The notes under the pieces: generated by a model | Databases searched by the model: none | Told to the model about the DNA's origin: nothing | What the model saw: only the letters and a program-made list of their open reading frames with translations | Position numbers and translations under genes: made by a program | In this document: piece after piece, positions 51,601-64,000 of the stretch | How positions within the stretch are numbered: position 1 is the first letter of the stretch | Layout of the letters: every line of letters starts with the position of its first letter | Source: Botryllus schlosseri | Lineage: Eukaryota | Assembly (NCBI GenBank): GCA_051294905.1 | Contig: CM119373.1 | Span: forward strand, 34,162,001-34,226,000 | DNA length: 64,000 nucleotides | Direction of reading: 5' to 3'

Positions 51601-51890
51601 TTGTTGTTGTTTATGGTATTCATGGTGTTTTTCCACTATACTACGGTCATTGGTCACTTGGACCAGGCCAATTTTCTTCATTTTTATTCCGTAGATGCCG
51701 ACTTGTAGCACGTCCCACTTCTGGGCTTTTATGATACACCGCTTACACGGATGAGATGGCGAGGGAGAGCCTACATAAACCTGCAACACTTCGGTAGGAT
51801 TTCTGGAGTCGACCTCGGTCGGACTCGGACTCGAACTCACAGCCTATTGATGTAGCAGCTTTGGATTATACCACTACGCAATCTCGCCAC
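51601..51890 (-). mobile_element. SINE family A
   Basis: Full length, (CAA)n tail; TSD CTTTAACGGAG/CCTTAACGGAG (10/11). Confidence 0.85.
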
Positions 51891-51934
51891 CCTTAACGGA
51901 GGTGAAATCTGGAAAATCATGCAGCGTATAAATG

Positions 51935-52300
51935 TTAATGCGGAGCATAGACCGGAGCCGGATGGGATATCCAGCCGGATATTTTCGATTTTGGCCAGAA
52001 TCGGATTGGAGCCGGTACAGAACTTTTTTGATAGGCCGGAATCATTATGGACAAGCATGATATTTGTGACTAAATAACTACCAATCAACCACACGCAAGT
52101 AACCGTCAAGCCAGTGCGAAAATAAACGAGCCATGTTTACAAATTCACGGAACCACCGTACCGTCGCGTAGGGCGGGGCGTGGACCGGGGCCGGATTGGA
52201 CATCCGGACGGACTTTTTCATTTTTGGCCGGAGCCGGGCCAGAGAATTGAAAAACAGGATCGGAGTCGGACCAGAGAATTTGTCGATCCGCTCCGCACCA
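51935..52300. mobile_element. CCGGA-rich non-autonomous DNA element
   Basis: GCGGAGC/GCTCCGC inverted ends and dense CCGGA/TCCGG motifs; boundaries approximate. Confidence 0.5.
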
Positions 52301-53817
52301 ATAAATGGTCTCGGAATCGGCAAGCATACTTTGAAACGAGAGTATATATAGACTGAATGGACAGAGATTGCATTGTGGACCAAGAACTACAATACGATAA
52401 ATATTTATTGTATATAATTGGATATTTGAAGAGCTTCCTGGAGGTACAGCCGAAACTATTCGGGTCTATATTAGTACGAATATATTATTGAATTGTGTAT
52501 TGAAGTTATGTGCGTCTTTTCAGAGAGATATGTATTTCACATGTACTTAATACGTATCATTTCGACCTGTAACTCAAATAATATCACACGCAGCCCACGA
52601 ATAATAACTAATGGATCAATGTTACAGCACGTTTAGCAATCGGTTACGACAAACAACACTGTCTACTGCAGTCACAAAACTCTGACTGTATCTCTTAATC
52701 GAACTCAATCAATCATCTCTAATTGATAATAGTAATCCAATTATAGAAAACGAGGGTATAACCCGGACGGTGGTCATCTCATCTGTGCATTCCGAGCTCG
52801 TTCATTTTCGTCTCGACTTGCATCGTGCGCAATATGATGATCGAAAATACCCCTCAGAAATATATATGTTTTGTAAAAATTTGCATGAACCCGCCGATAG
52901 TAAGCTGGCAGTCGCAATTATTCGTCTTCAGTAAACATCAGTCTCCAGACGCAGTTTCAAGGAACTCGTGTATTCCATGCCTGAACGGAACACACATTTC
53001 ACGACGCAGACACATGCTCAGCGCACATTCAAAATAAGAGGCGATATTAGTACATGACGCAACGCATTGGCGGTTGCTATTCCGTTAAACAGTCGTGATT
53101 GGCACCGAAAATATGAAATTAATGTTTTCAGTTGCCAATGTAAATGTGTCAAATGATGGCACGTCTCGAATGTGTCGACAAAGCTATACGCCAACCTGGC
53201 AACTAGCCACCTTTATTCACAGTCACCTTACGACCGAAGTGCTTGACATCAAAGTCCCATTTTACATTATGCACGTTTCTACGTATTGTCATTAATTATA
53301 TTTCATGAGTTTTTCAAAGTAAACACAAGCCGCAATAACAATTACAGTGTGCAGTAAAAAAAAAGCGTCTTTGTGAATTAGAGAATGAAGCAGCCACCTT
53401 TATGTTTTTCTCTGGTAATTTGATACGAGATCCTTTCAATTGAATAGTATATTCATATTCAATTTGAATGTACTATTCAATTGTATATTGAAGCTCTGTA
53501 CCGCCAAGAAGCTCTTTAGAGATCCTTTCAACAAATAATCCAAATTCCGCTTTGAGTAGTGTCATACTCTGAGGTAGTTAAAGTAATCATAGTTGCTACT
53601 TAGGTAGAAGTAACTTCGTAAATTGCTACTCCATTACAAATAATAGCGATTGATTTCCAAGTAAGTTTAAACGTAAGTATCCTAGACCTAGTCTCGCCTG
53701 AATACTTTTAAGTTCAAGAAGTCTAAATTCATAACAATCAAAGTAAGAGGTGCAGGTGGGCTAAAAACACTGGAGAACTCCGAAAAAAGAAATAGCCGCA
53801 CTCCATTACTTGACCAC

Positions 53818-54727
53818 CAGTGTTGGGATGACTCGAGTCAGACTCGAGTCACCTTTTTCTTATGACTTGACTTGACTCGAGTCACTTTGCTAAAATGACT
53901 TGACTTGACTTGACTCGGCGTATAAAAAATGTGGATTGACTCGTGACTCGGAGCAAAATTCCCGAGTCAATTTCAAGTCATCAAGTAATCGGTGTCGATA
54001 AAAACCACTCTATCTTGTATATGTTCGGATTGTTCGCGAAATGCTGGTGTAACCCGTGAGAGCGACTAATAATTCAATGATCGTGTGTTTTACTGAGCCT
54101 CCATTGTTTTCTCACAAATAAATTGACCGCAAACGAGGTGATCGAAGCTTCCTTACGTCGTCGTAGTAAAGTAATTTAATAGCAAAATGTATATTTCTGT
54201 TGTCTGTTCTTACCTTTACCCGATCCTCTTATTTTATTGGAATTGAATTCGAATATAGTTTATATAGTCCTCAACCATTGACGCAGGGTCGAATTGTATC
54301 ATATCGATATGTAAATGCGTAATGTATTGCATCTTATCAATTAATTTCTCTATTCATTATTTAGGCTGGTAACTATAAACTGAGGCCATGCAATTACTTT
54401 TAGTTTAGCAGTTCTACGTATATGTGAGCGATACAGCGGCTTCTTACGTGTATATCTAACTCTATATTCGTTGTTCCTTGATTCAGAATCAATGACCACT
54501 CAATCTGGATGCCAGACAGCTAGCAAAATGCAATGACGTAATCATGCCTCATACTTCGAAAAGGCAACTTGACTTGAATTGTGACTTGACTCGTGACTTG
54601 ACTTTACTTGGCTCGACTTGACTCGAGTCACCTCCAAAAATCTAGTGAATTGACTTGAATCGAGTCAAAATGTGCAATGACTCGGAATGACTCGTGACTC
54701 GAAGGTAGTGACTTGATCCCAACACTG
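53818..54727. mobile_element. hAT-type MITE with CAGTGTTGGGA TIR and GACTCGAGTC arrays
   Basis: Perfect 11-bp TIR; perfect TSD TTGACCAC. Confidence 0.9.
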
Positions 54728-54795
54728 TTGACCACTTCTGATCGCACTTGATAATGCAAGAGTTTGAGTAACGATAACGATGTACAGGTTCACAT

Positions 54796-55129
54796 CAGGG
54801 TTGTAATGACTCGAGTCATGACTCGATTGGAGTCCGGGTCGAGTCGCGGTTTTATGGTAACTCGACTTGACTCGAGGCATTTTTTCAAATGTATTGACTC
54901 GACTTGTACTCGAGCCATTCTAAATCACTCGAGCAGAGTTGGAAAAGTGGGTTAAACCATTGATTTAACCGAAAACTGAACAGTGAATAGAATGACTTGG
55001 ACTCGGACTCGGCCCTCTACTAGCTGACTTGGACTCGGACTTGATTCGGTGGTGAATTGAAAATGACTCGACTTGACTCGAATCAAAACTCTAAAAGTGA
55101 GATTGACTTGTGACTTGGTTACAACCCTG
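54796..55129. mobile_element. GACTCGAGTC-rich hAT-type MITE, short derivative
   Basis: Perfect TIR CAGGGTTGTAA; perfect TSD GTTCACAT. Confidence 0.9.
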
Positions 55130-56442
55130 GTTCACATACATATCATCAATGTTTCTTCCAATTTCTCACGAGTCTACACGCACTCACCAACTCACTGCGC
55201 GGTCCCTTGGACAACAGTGCGTAACGAACTAAAAGAAAAGATTATCACTTCATCTTTTTTTGTGTGCGGCACAGATTTTTCTGTGCGCGGCGACTTTGTC
55301 AGCAGTGCGCGGCAGCGCACGCGCGCAGTTAAGAGGAGGATATGTATATCATGTGCATATCTGTGCAAGTGCACCTACAGCGTATTGCCGATGCAGTGAC
55401 ATTCATTGTAGAACGCTTTCAGGGTATATTTCTATCAAACATAACAGTCCGTACTATAATACGTAATACGAAGTAACATTCCATCGCATGACTTGGCTGG
55501 CGCTTGCTGCACTGCTAATTTCGCCCCAGCAATCCATCCCGCGTTATCCGTTCATTCGTTATTTCATTCGTGCAAGGATTCGCGCCTCCAACCGCAAGAG
55601 TCAGTAAGGTTCAGCAGTGCAACTTGCGATTCGATCGCGCTATTACGTAGGCATTTCAATAATGTATTTCGCCCGGTGCTTCTTACGTATGACTATCAGT
55701 ATCAGTCGCCGCAGACGGCTATTCCATATCAACGTGTGGACACTGCGACCACGTGGCTGCATTACGCATGAATTTCGAGACAGAAATACTGCAAATTCAT
55801 CAATTTTTCAATACCCTCTGCGGTCTGCACAGACGAGAATAAAGCACCACCTATCGCGTCTTGAATTATTGACTGTTCTGGCGATATGTAATACATCCGG
55901 CGGTATGCCTTATATTCTAAAGCTTCTTTCTGTTGTTGTATGACCCGGAACTCATTGGTAGGCAAAATAACGTCCAACAGGGTGATGAACCAAACTAATT
56001 AAAAAATCTTCGAGTGGGCCCGTTGGTATAATGACTTCGTTACATAATGTTATTTCGTGACCTCCTGTTTGCTATCTCAAAAGATATTGAAATGGCCCAA
56101 ACGTACTACACTAAAAGACGCACTTGATTTCAAATTGGTGTTTCTTCACTGGCACAAATATGAAAGTAGGCAAAATCGACCAGTATTCTTCTCTCTTTCC
56201 CCCTCTGCTCTAGCCCTGTGTATTCATAATAATACTTGTTGACAACCTGTTGGCAATGATTCGCTGACTACTGTAGCATCAGAATATCAAGATGCCAGAC
56301 AACCCTTTGTGATTAGCGGTGTATATGACATGTGACGAAACATTTACCTTGATAAAAGTTTAGTAGGGTAAACTGTATTTATTGGCTCAATTCGCAGTCG
56401 TGCATCCAAATTCCATAAGCAATTTACCATCATATTGATAAG

Positions 56443-57301
56443 TAGGGCGATTTCTTTTAACATTAAAAAAATGAAGATTTTGACCTAAAAAATCTAAATT
56501 TTCACATTTTTTTACCTTAAAAAAATTAATTTTGACAAAATTTTGACCTCATGGTTCATGTATGCAAATTAGGTGTTTTCTCGCATAATGTTAGTATTGT
56601 ACTACTTACCTTCATTTCTGGTTGAAACTGTATGTCCTTACGAAGTAGTTTGGCCTGAAAAAACTTTTTTGACTTAAAAACTGACAAATTTATTCATGAA
56701 AAAACTTTATTTTAACGGAATCTGAATCTATGAAGAATTCCAGTAGTTACATCATGTATTATGATCGAAATAATTAAAATTTGTTATAGTACAACGAAAA
56801 ATATTTTCCTGCATTCTCGGGTAGAAAGTGTCCGTCTTTACTAAGTAGCTGTCTTTACTAAGTAGCTTGCCAAGACTATAGAAAGAACGTTCAACAGCAG
56901 TAGTAGTTGTTGTCTGGCAACACTGAAGTTGTGCGTACACTGCTGGTGACACGCCGTGTTGCTTCATTCTGACAATGATGTGTACACAACAAATCTTCAT
57001 CTTGCCCTTCTTGATATGAGAACCAATGCCCATGCAACTTTGCTTCAGTTAGGATATTGCGGTATGTTGAGCATAACACCATGTCACCCTGTTTGTCTCA
57101 TTTGACCGTTTCTGATTAACAATGAGCAGACGATGGGCCGTATACAACGGTAAGCCCATGAAGTATTAGGCTACAATCTGTAAAATGTCAAATGATAAGT
57201 TCACCTACAGTGCAATCATCTACAATTAAACGAAATGCAGGTTAACGCTACAATTTTGACAAAATTTTAACAAAATTTTGACATGTCAAAAAATCGCCCT
57301 A
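56443..57301 (-). mobile_element. Internally deleted hAT transposon with transposase relic
   Basis: TIR TAGGGCGATTT/AAATCGCCCTA; TSD TTGATAAG/ATGATAAG (7/8); carries a hAT dimerisation-domain fragment. Confidence 0.8.
56780..56943 (-). pseudogene. hAT transposase C-terminal dimerisation-domain fragment
   Basis: AVYAQLQCCQTTTTTAVERSFYSLGKLLSKD resembles the hAT S/T-x-x-x-ERxFS motif. A 17-bp tandem duplication (GTCTTTACTAAGTAGCT x2) shifts the frame; removing it restores KLLSKDGHFLPENAGKYF. Confidence 0.7.
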
Positions 57302-60300
57302 ATGATAAGGTATTCGAAGTTCGGTACAATCTCTTGACGAAGAAATGAATTTGATGGTCTATTTTTAGGAGTATATAGGATCGTTGCCATGTTATAGGCT
57401 CACTAAATATTTTCACGTCAGAAATTCAATTATAAATGCCCTACTCTTCATCATAAAGGTAGACGAGAGTCAAATTTACCCTATGAGATATCCACGTTAA
57501 GAGTGTCTGTTTTTATTTTAAATTGGGTTACGTAAGAGGCTTAGCTATCTCCTGACCTTACATTGCATTATATAGCATATGTAATTACATTCTTTTCGAG
57601 GTATTCTATTTCTAGAATGTTCCAATACTTACGCAAATGCTCTGATCGTTGTGCCAATTTAATGGCAAATAATCCATAACCATGTCCAAGCCCTCATATC
57701 GCTTGTACCGACTTATCTCGATGTGTATGATGCATTACAGCGACATGGCTTTACAACTCAACAAGGGAAGTTGCAAGATAACGCTTTAACATACATAACA
57801 TACATGTCGTAGTGTAGGCGCGTTTACTGGGGTTCAATGGAAAAACCTTTTTCTGAAGGCAACATCTTCTTACTGATCTATATTGCAAATCGTTTTTGAG
57901 TTTTGAGGGTTTATGAAATCGTGATATGATAGACGCGACGGATTGTTCGATTGCGGAGTATTAGCGGTTGCCCTATCACAATAAGGCTGTGAAATTAATC
58001 TTATGGCTGAAAACTTGTTTCAGCTCTTCTTAATAATTGTGGGCTACCAAACCCATTAACTAGGTAGTCATGATAAAGCATATGCCCAACACATTGTCAT
58101 AGCTAGATATACCCAAGATTACGTAATAAAATATCACAACAAACGGAGTTTACTAGATGAGTATGACAAAATGCGTTTGCTGCATCCAAGAGCAATCGCT
58201 TGGTGACAGCATACTGCAGTGTAGTGTGTACTGTATTCAGTAAATTGTATTATAGCAACAACATGTGTCTCATTCTGTCATCGTTTCCAGTGTTGCATCA
58301 CAATGTGAGGAAATTTGCGTCAATTCATGCCTTGTCTAAACTAAGAACAGTTTGGTTCCCGGTATTATATGCTAAACAAAGGTTCGGTAAACAGGAAACT
58401 ATAAGGTATGCAAAGTATGAAGACACCCGGAGGTGCTCTTACTCATTACAAGCTGCCTTACTCATGGACCGTATAATTCTGCATCGGTTTTCATAACTCT
58501 GGTGATTTGTAACACGCAGAGATATGCAACAAACATTTGCAGTGTCTTCAAAAGAGCGAATCTATGGACTTGTTACATTGAATTGTTATAACATGAAACG
58601 CAAAGGGCTGGATGTAAGCTATCAAAAGGTTTCAATCCAACCCAAGACCCATATTGACTTTTACATTACGATTTAGCAAATTGAAGGAAAAAAATAACTG
58701 TCACGTCTATGGACTCGGGGTGTCATGCTGTCATTCTATTTTTGACAATGTATAGTCGTTAGCTACTTTTTAATACTGTGACATTATGTAATTCTGATAT
58801 TGTAGCAATTGTCTAGCATCAGCATATCGAAACTGTATTCCAAAGTCGACAGTTACAATGGGCTGAATAGATAGGCGATACTGACAAATTGTATAGCGTC
58901 TATAGCTCCACGCGGAATTTGAAAGCCAGATTGCATATTGCGCTACAAATCATACAATGACCAGTATTTAAACCTCTGTCAGTCTATTCAATGCTCGTCA
59001 AACATACAACGAGTTTCCAGCAGTAGCAACGTGTCTATTTCAACAGTTGTCTATCGACTACACTTTTGCATATAGTGTTATGTACTTCCGGCAATGCACC
59101 CTAGTTAACAGATGAGATTATAGTTGAACTACATATTCATATTGAAATACAATTCAATGGTATATTGACATTGAAATAAACCCGAATAGTTTCGGCTTAC
59201 ACTGTTGCGCAACTATGGTGGAGAATGGTAAAGAAAAATCATATAACCTAATATTGAAATATGAAATTTACCCGTGACGAGTCCAAGCCGAAAGCATTCG
59301 GGTATATTTTAATATGAATTTATTATTCAATTGTACACTGAAATTCTCTACCATCCAAGAGTCTCTTCAAAAGACCACATTGGATTATGAATATACACCA
59401 ATAAACGAAATGAAGCAACGATATCGTGTGAAAGGCCTGAACAAATGAAGAGCTATCAACCACACGTATTGACCATATTTACGCCCAAATTGCACTATCA
59501 CAATACACAAATAAACCTCATGAATAAAGGGTCTGGTGTGAAACGGCCTCAGCAAATGAAGCGCTATCAATCAAACATTATTGCTGGATTTCGGCAATGA
59601 ATGCAGACACAGATTTCAAACCCAAATTTTTCACACCCAGAGCGTACAAGAGAAGGTCATACTTGATGCTATCCGCAAGCATTACAGTTGACATAACTGC
59701 TCATTACAAAATGGCAATGAGGAGATAGTGAGTTCAATCTCATGCTATTCGCTAACAGTGCACTTGACAGCACGTGATTCCCTGATTACAAAATGCTTAT
59801 AAGGACATCGTGAGTTCAATCACTCTCTCAATAAGAGAAGAGGAAGTAGTCTGTATGAAACAGTTTCGATGGCAACCGTGACGGAACAATGGAAGGATGT
59901 TGACAGGATGCACCCATTCAAAACGTTACGCGGTATCAATGGCGCGAATAAGACGCTCTGCGTCGAGTTACGTCAAGTTGTGTCATGTCTGGTAGGATAC
60001 GCGCTGACAGAGTCAGCCGAAAATAATCAATTTCAATTTGGCAAATAGCTAGCGAATTATCAGAACCGCATGGGGTCAGCATCATTCGCTCTGTATAAGT
60101 GCAGTATAACGTAGTGACGCAGCGGACATGGTACCACACAATAATCACACAATTGACTAGACTTATAGTACCATAGGTGCTGGTGGGTTTGAATCAAGGT
60201 CTGCTTGTAAGTACAATGATTCCAAGCAATCAGATAAAATAGTATACACAGGGTAATGATATTAAGAGACGATATATGCTATTGCTGAAATTGTGCCACT

Positions 60301-63300
60301 GTTGCCAATAAAAGCAATTATTATCGTTTCGTTAATTACTTCCCGTACCGGGCCTTTTAGACCTTGATAGCACAACATGCAAAAGATGTACCACATATAT
60401 GTGAAGCAGCATTGCCTCAAGTCGCAATGAATTAGGTATGAACAAAAATACCAAGTTATGACTAATGAGGCGTATAAATATCATTATTTTCTTTATGGTC
60501 GCATAAAGTACACATTTGGAATTTCCAAAACATGAACAACGCTATGACGCCATAACGAGCGATACCAAAATATTCGACTCGACTTGAAGCTTACTCGATT
60601 CAGGATCGAATCACGCAGATATTCGAATTTATCCAGCCCTTCCGAAAAGCCTATCGAGACATAGCTATCAGAGTGTTTTTGGCGATTCTGACATAGGCAG
60701 TGGTCGCAGGATGTAATATATTGAATATCTATTTTGCGTTGTGGATTAATTATGTCAATACAGTCCACATGTATTAGTTTGATCGCAAAGTACTTTGGCT
60801 TGTAGATGGTTTAATATCCATCAAGTGTCTCATGTCTATGACGTGACCATGCTAGGGGCAGTTGGTATCAACACAGTGACATTCAACAACACATTCAGAC
60901 ATCGGCCGGTTCGTAGAAACGGATGACTTATTAGGTCAATTAAGAAGCCACCATACACCACGACACCGTTTGTCGAAGGTCACAAAAACCTCGTGTTCAG
61001 CTAATGGGCGTGTTCGTACTGCTCATTTCTATGAGCCATTCACGACTGGCATTTGTCACGCAGCCAAGTGTATTTTCATATTACGCTGCAGGAAGAGATT
61101 TCGGGATTTTCCGCACAATACGAAAACGCAGACGCCGACAAACTATTTGGCTTGCTCAAGTTTCGAAAGCTATGGACTGCATGACATGATGAGCACGGTA
61201 AATCCATTGAATTTCAAGACAATTTTCTATTCAAGGAGCATGTAATAGGCGAACTTTGTCTAGAGCTGCTGCTATTGCCGTATGAGCTACGACCGTGAGA
61301 TTATTGCAACCTCAACCTTCCACAACGTCATTTCTGTCACGACATCAACTATGACGACACCAGAGAACAAAGAAAAGAAAGAAAACTTTGTCTCTTCTTT
61401 TTAATTCTCTCGTGACACGTGAAGTGTAAATCATTATTCATTGTGTCGCCAGCTTGTACTCAGAAATGGGCAGGCTTCCAGCACAAGCAGTTGTGCGGCG
61501 CGGTTTAGCAACAGAAAGTCCGTTACATATTGCCGCATTATTGCATCATATCCTCTCTGCTATATGCTTATTGAACCTAAAGTTAAGTGCTTAGGGCGAA
61601 ACGTTAGTGGTGGAAAATTTCCATCAGGTCATTTCACTGAAGCATACACTCTCGCCAAGAACCTTTATCGGAATTCAGAAACCCCATTCTCGGGGTGTCG
61701 ATGGAATATTTCACCCCACTTCTTAGCGACTGAACATCATTGATGTGTTCCAAATTGATTATTGCGCGGTTTCAGCCATTCATCATTACCAATAGGCGTT
61801 TTTCTTTCTTTGTATATAATCCATCGCGACTTTATTACTTTGTGGTTACTTTCTTTCGTACTCCATTTGGGCTCATTCCAATTTGTCAAGCATCATTTAG
61901 ATTAAAATGCTGTGTTGGAATTATACCGCGGCATAATTCTGAGGGATGTTCTGTTTTCCTGTACTACTTTTTGGGTGTGAATGCACATACTTTTCTCTAA
62001 AAGTGTGTGACATAACAATATAAGGCATCTTAATGAAAATATCGAGTTCAGGGTGCATGCTGTCAAATTTTCTTTTATCCTAAATCACGCCAAGATCCGG
62101 TATGATACGCCATTGCGCAAGACGATCACGTGGCATGCTATCATGAAGGTATCAGGTTCGGGCGGGAATGCGTACGTTGGATTGTTCGCTTAGTTTTAGT
62201 GGGAAGGAACAGCTCATGTTTCGATGGTGGAATTGAAACTACATCGGAAAAGCGCCCATTAACGGCTTTTGAAAGAGCTTAATCGCTATAATAAAGATAT
62301 ATTGCTAGCGAACAAATCGCCCTCTTACACATTGCGAACAAATAGACAACATTGTACAATGTATACGTGGACATTAACCAGAGATTAAATGAAATTCAGA
62401 TGAATGGTCCTAATATTCAAACTCTAACTGATACCAAAAAGTTAAATTTGAGTACGACATATATCTGTAATCAGATAACCGTCAGCAATTAGTAAGGATA
62501 TCGGATAAATGAAAATATGAGCCAAATGAATCATCAGCAAAATGTTAAACGTCTTCTCGTGCGGATATGAATATCAATTTGCAACGTTTCAACGTTTCGC
62601 ACTATTCATGGTTAAGCTTCGCACTTCATATCATACAATGTAATGGAGGGCAACTCTAAGACTGTTGCTACAGGAAAAAACTGTCCCACCGACTCGACAC
62701 AATCATAATATGGACGGAAGCGTCATACAATGTAAATGCATTGATGTAAAATAGAAAATAGGAGCATTTACCAGATTTGCACCATTGCGCAGCCTGCATA
62801 ACATACCATCGGTACTTTCTGGTACCAGATTTTGCTTCCATACTAATTCCAATGGGTGATAACAAGTCAAATACGCTAACTATGGAGATATCTCCCCAAG
62901 GGTAGTGGATTATCGTCACGTGTGCCACCTATGCGCCTTCTCGGGTCGGTACACAAAAATTCAACTCCCCCCCCTTAAATCTATCTTGACAATAATTGGT
63001 ATACTTGACTCATTTACACACGTTGGAATGGGTCGTAAATCAAGATCTCGCACTAGAATGTGATATGGTGGAACGAAACGCACGATTTTCGTATACAGCG
63101 TATCGCAATGGACGAAACTTTTGACACAACGATGAAACAGAAAGACCATGAGATATACTTCGTCGAAAAATAGTAGAAAGGCTTTTATTTATTACATTGG
63201 TAGCGACAATAAACTTGCAAAATCACATATGTGAAACCGTTGAATGATTCAGGACTCAAATTTGCATTAAAAATCTCACATTTGAGCTAAACCTCAGTTG

Positions 63301-64000
63301 CGGTAAGGCGTGAGTGCATGTACAAGTGTACTTGTTTGCTATAACGAGGCACTGCGGGGCCACATAAGTACACGTTGCACATTTCTCAGAAGAGCCCCTG
63401 TTGAACTATTGCATCTCCAGTTTACCGTGAATATTTTCAGCACTGTTAGGAACTGAAAAGCGTGACAAATAGTCACGATTCAGCTGGAATTAAGTTGTGG
63501 TTGACTTGCTTTTTCGGTAGATCCGATACATTGTAAATATGTATAATGGATTTTATGGTGCTCGACTACTAAGGTCTTGTGCACCAGGGCTGAGGAAGCC
63601 ATAGTTAAATCAGATGTGTCTACACAATACAACAAATTACACGACCGGAATAAGCATGTGTGGATCAGTTAACAGACATTCCACATCAGATACATTGAAA
63701 TCGGGCCTACGACATCTACAATAAGTTGCTGATTGAGTCTCCATTGCAATCTGGAATGTTAAAAACGCGTTAATCCCCAATTTTAAATCCACATCAGGGT
63801 TTGCCTGTACGTGCGATATGCGACATCAAATAATAAGAACTCCCAGGTAGCAAAAGGGTCATATTACGCATTCGGATGGAATCTATGCATCAAAGGCAGC
63901 GCGGTCTTGAGAGAAATGCGACCCCTCAGACCTAGGCGCGAAAATTTCAAACCGAGATGGAATTTCCCAAGGCATGTTTAAATCGGTTTTCGGTTTTGTT

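Noticed and set aside
55488-55943. Hydrophobic frame vaguely like a GPCR fragment
   Set aside because: Interrupted by a stop; no DRY, CWxP or NPxxY motif; no supporting splice structure.
59700-59830. Ankyrin-like LQNGNEEIV motif duplicated
   Set aside because: Spacing is about 82 nt rather than 99, the frames differ, and there is no TPLH-type motif.
1-64000. Interpretation as a bacterial or phage genome window because of the GGDEF gene
   Set aside because: Coding density is a few percent, there are no operons, and there are abundant SINEs/MITEs and a GT-AG spliced gene.

Overview
This is not a prokaryotic window. It is AT-rich DNA with almost no long ORFs, dense in non-autonomous DNA transposons (mostly hAT-type MITEs with 8-bp target-site duplications, one MULE-type with a 9-bp TSD) and tRNA-derived SINEs, often nested several levels deep. 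That is the signature of an animal genome. One spliced host gene can be reconstructed: a 4-exon, 174-aa secreted, divergent C-type-lectin-domain protein at 48482-50954 (+). The host is inferred, not proven, to be a marine invertebrate, most plausibly an ascidian. The outstanding feature is an intronless, bacterial-type membrane diguanylate cyclase at 25354-26385 (-). It has about 4 TM helices and a GGDEF domain with catalytic motifs intact and no RxxD inhibitory site. It has no bacterial neighbours, abuts host-type MITEs and SINEs, and is preceded by a eukaryotic-looking branch point and splice acceptor. It is a candidate horizontally acquired c-di-GMP synthase in an animal. A weak Nudix-like ORF faces away from it.
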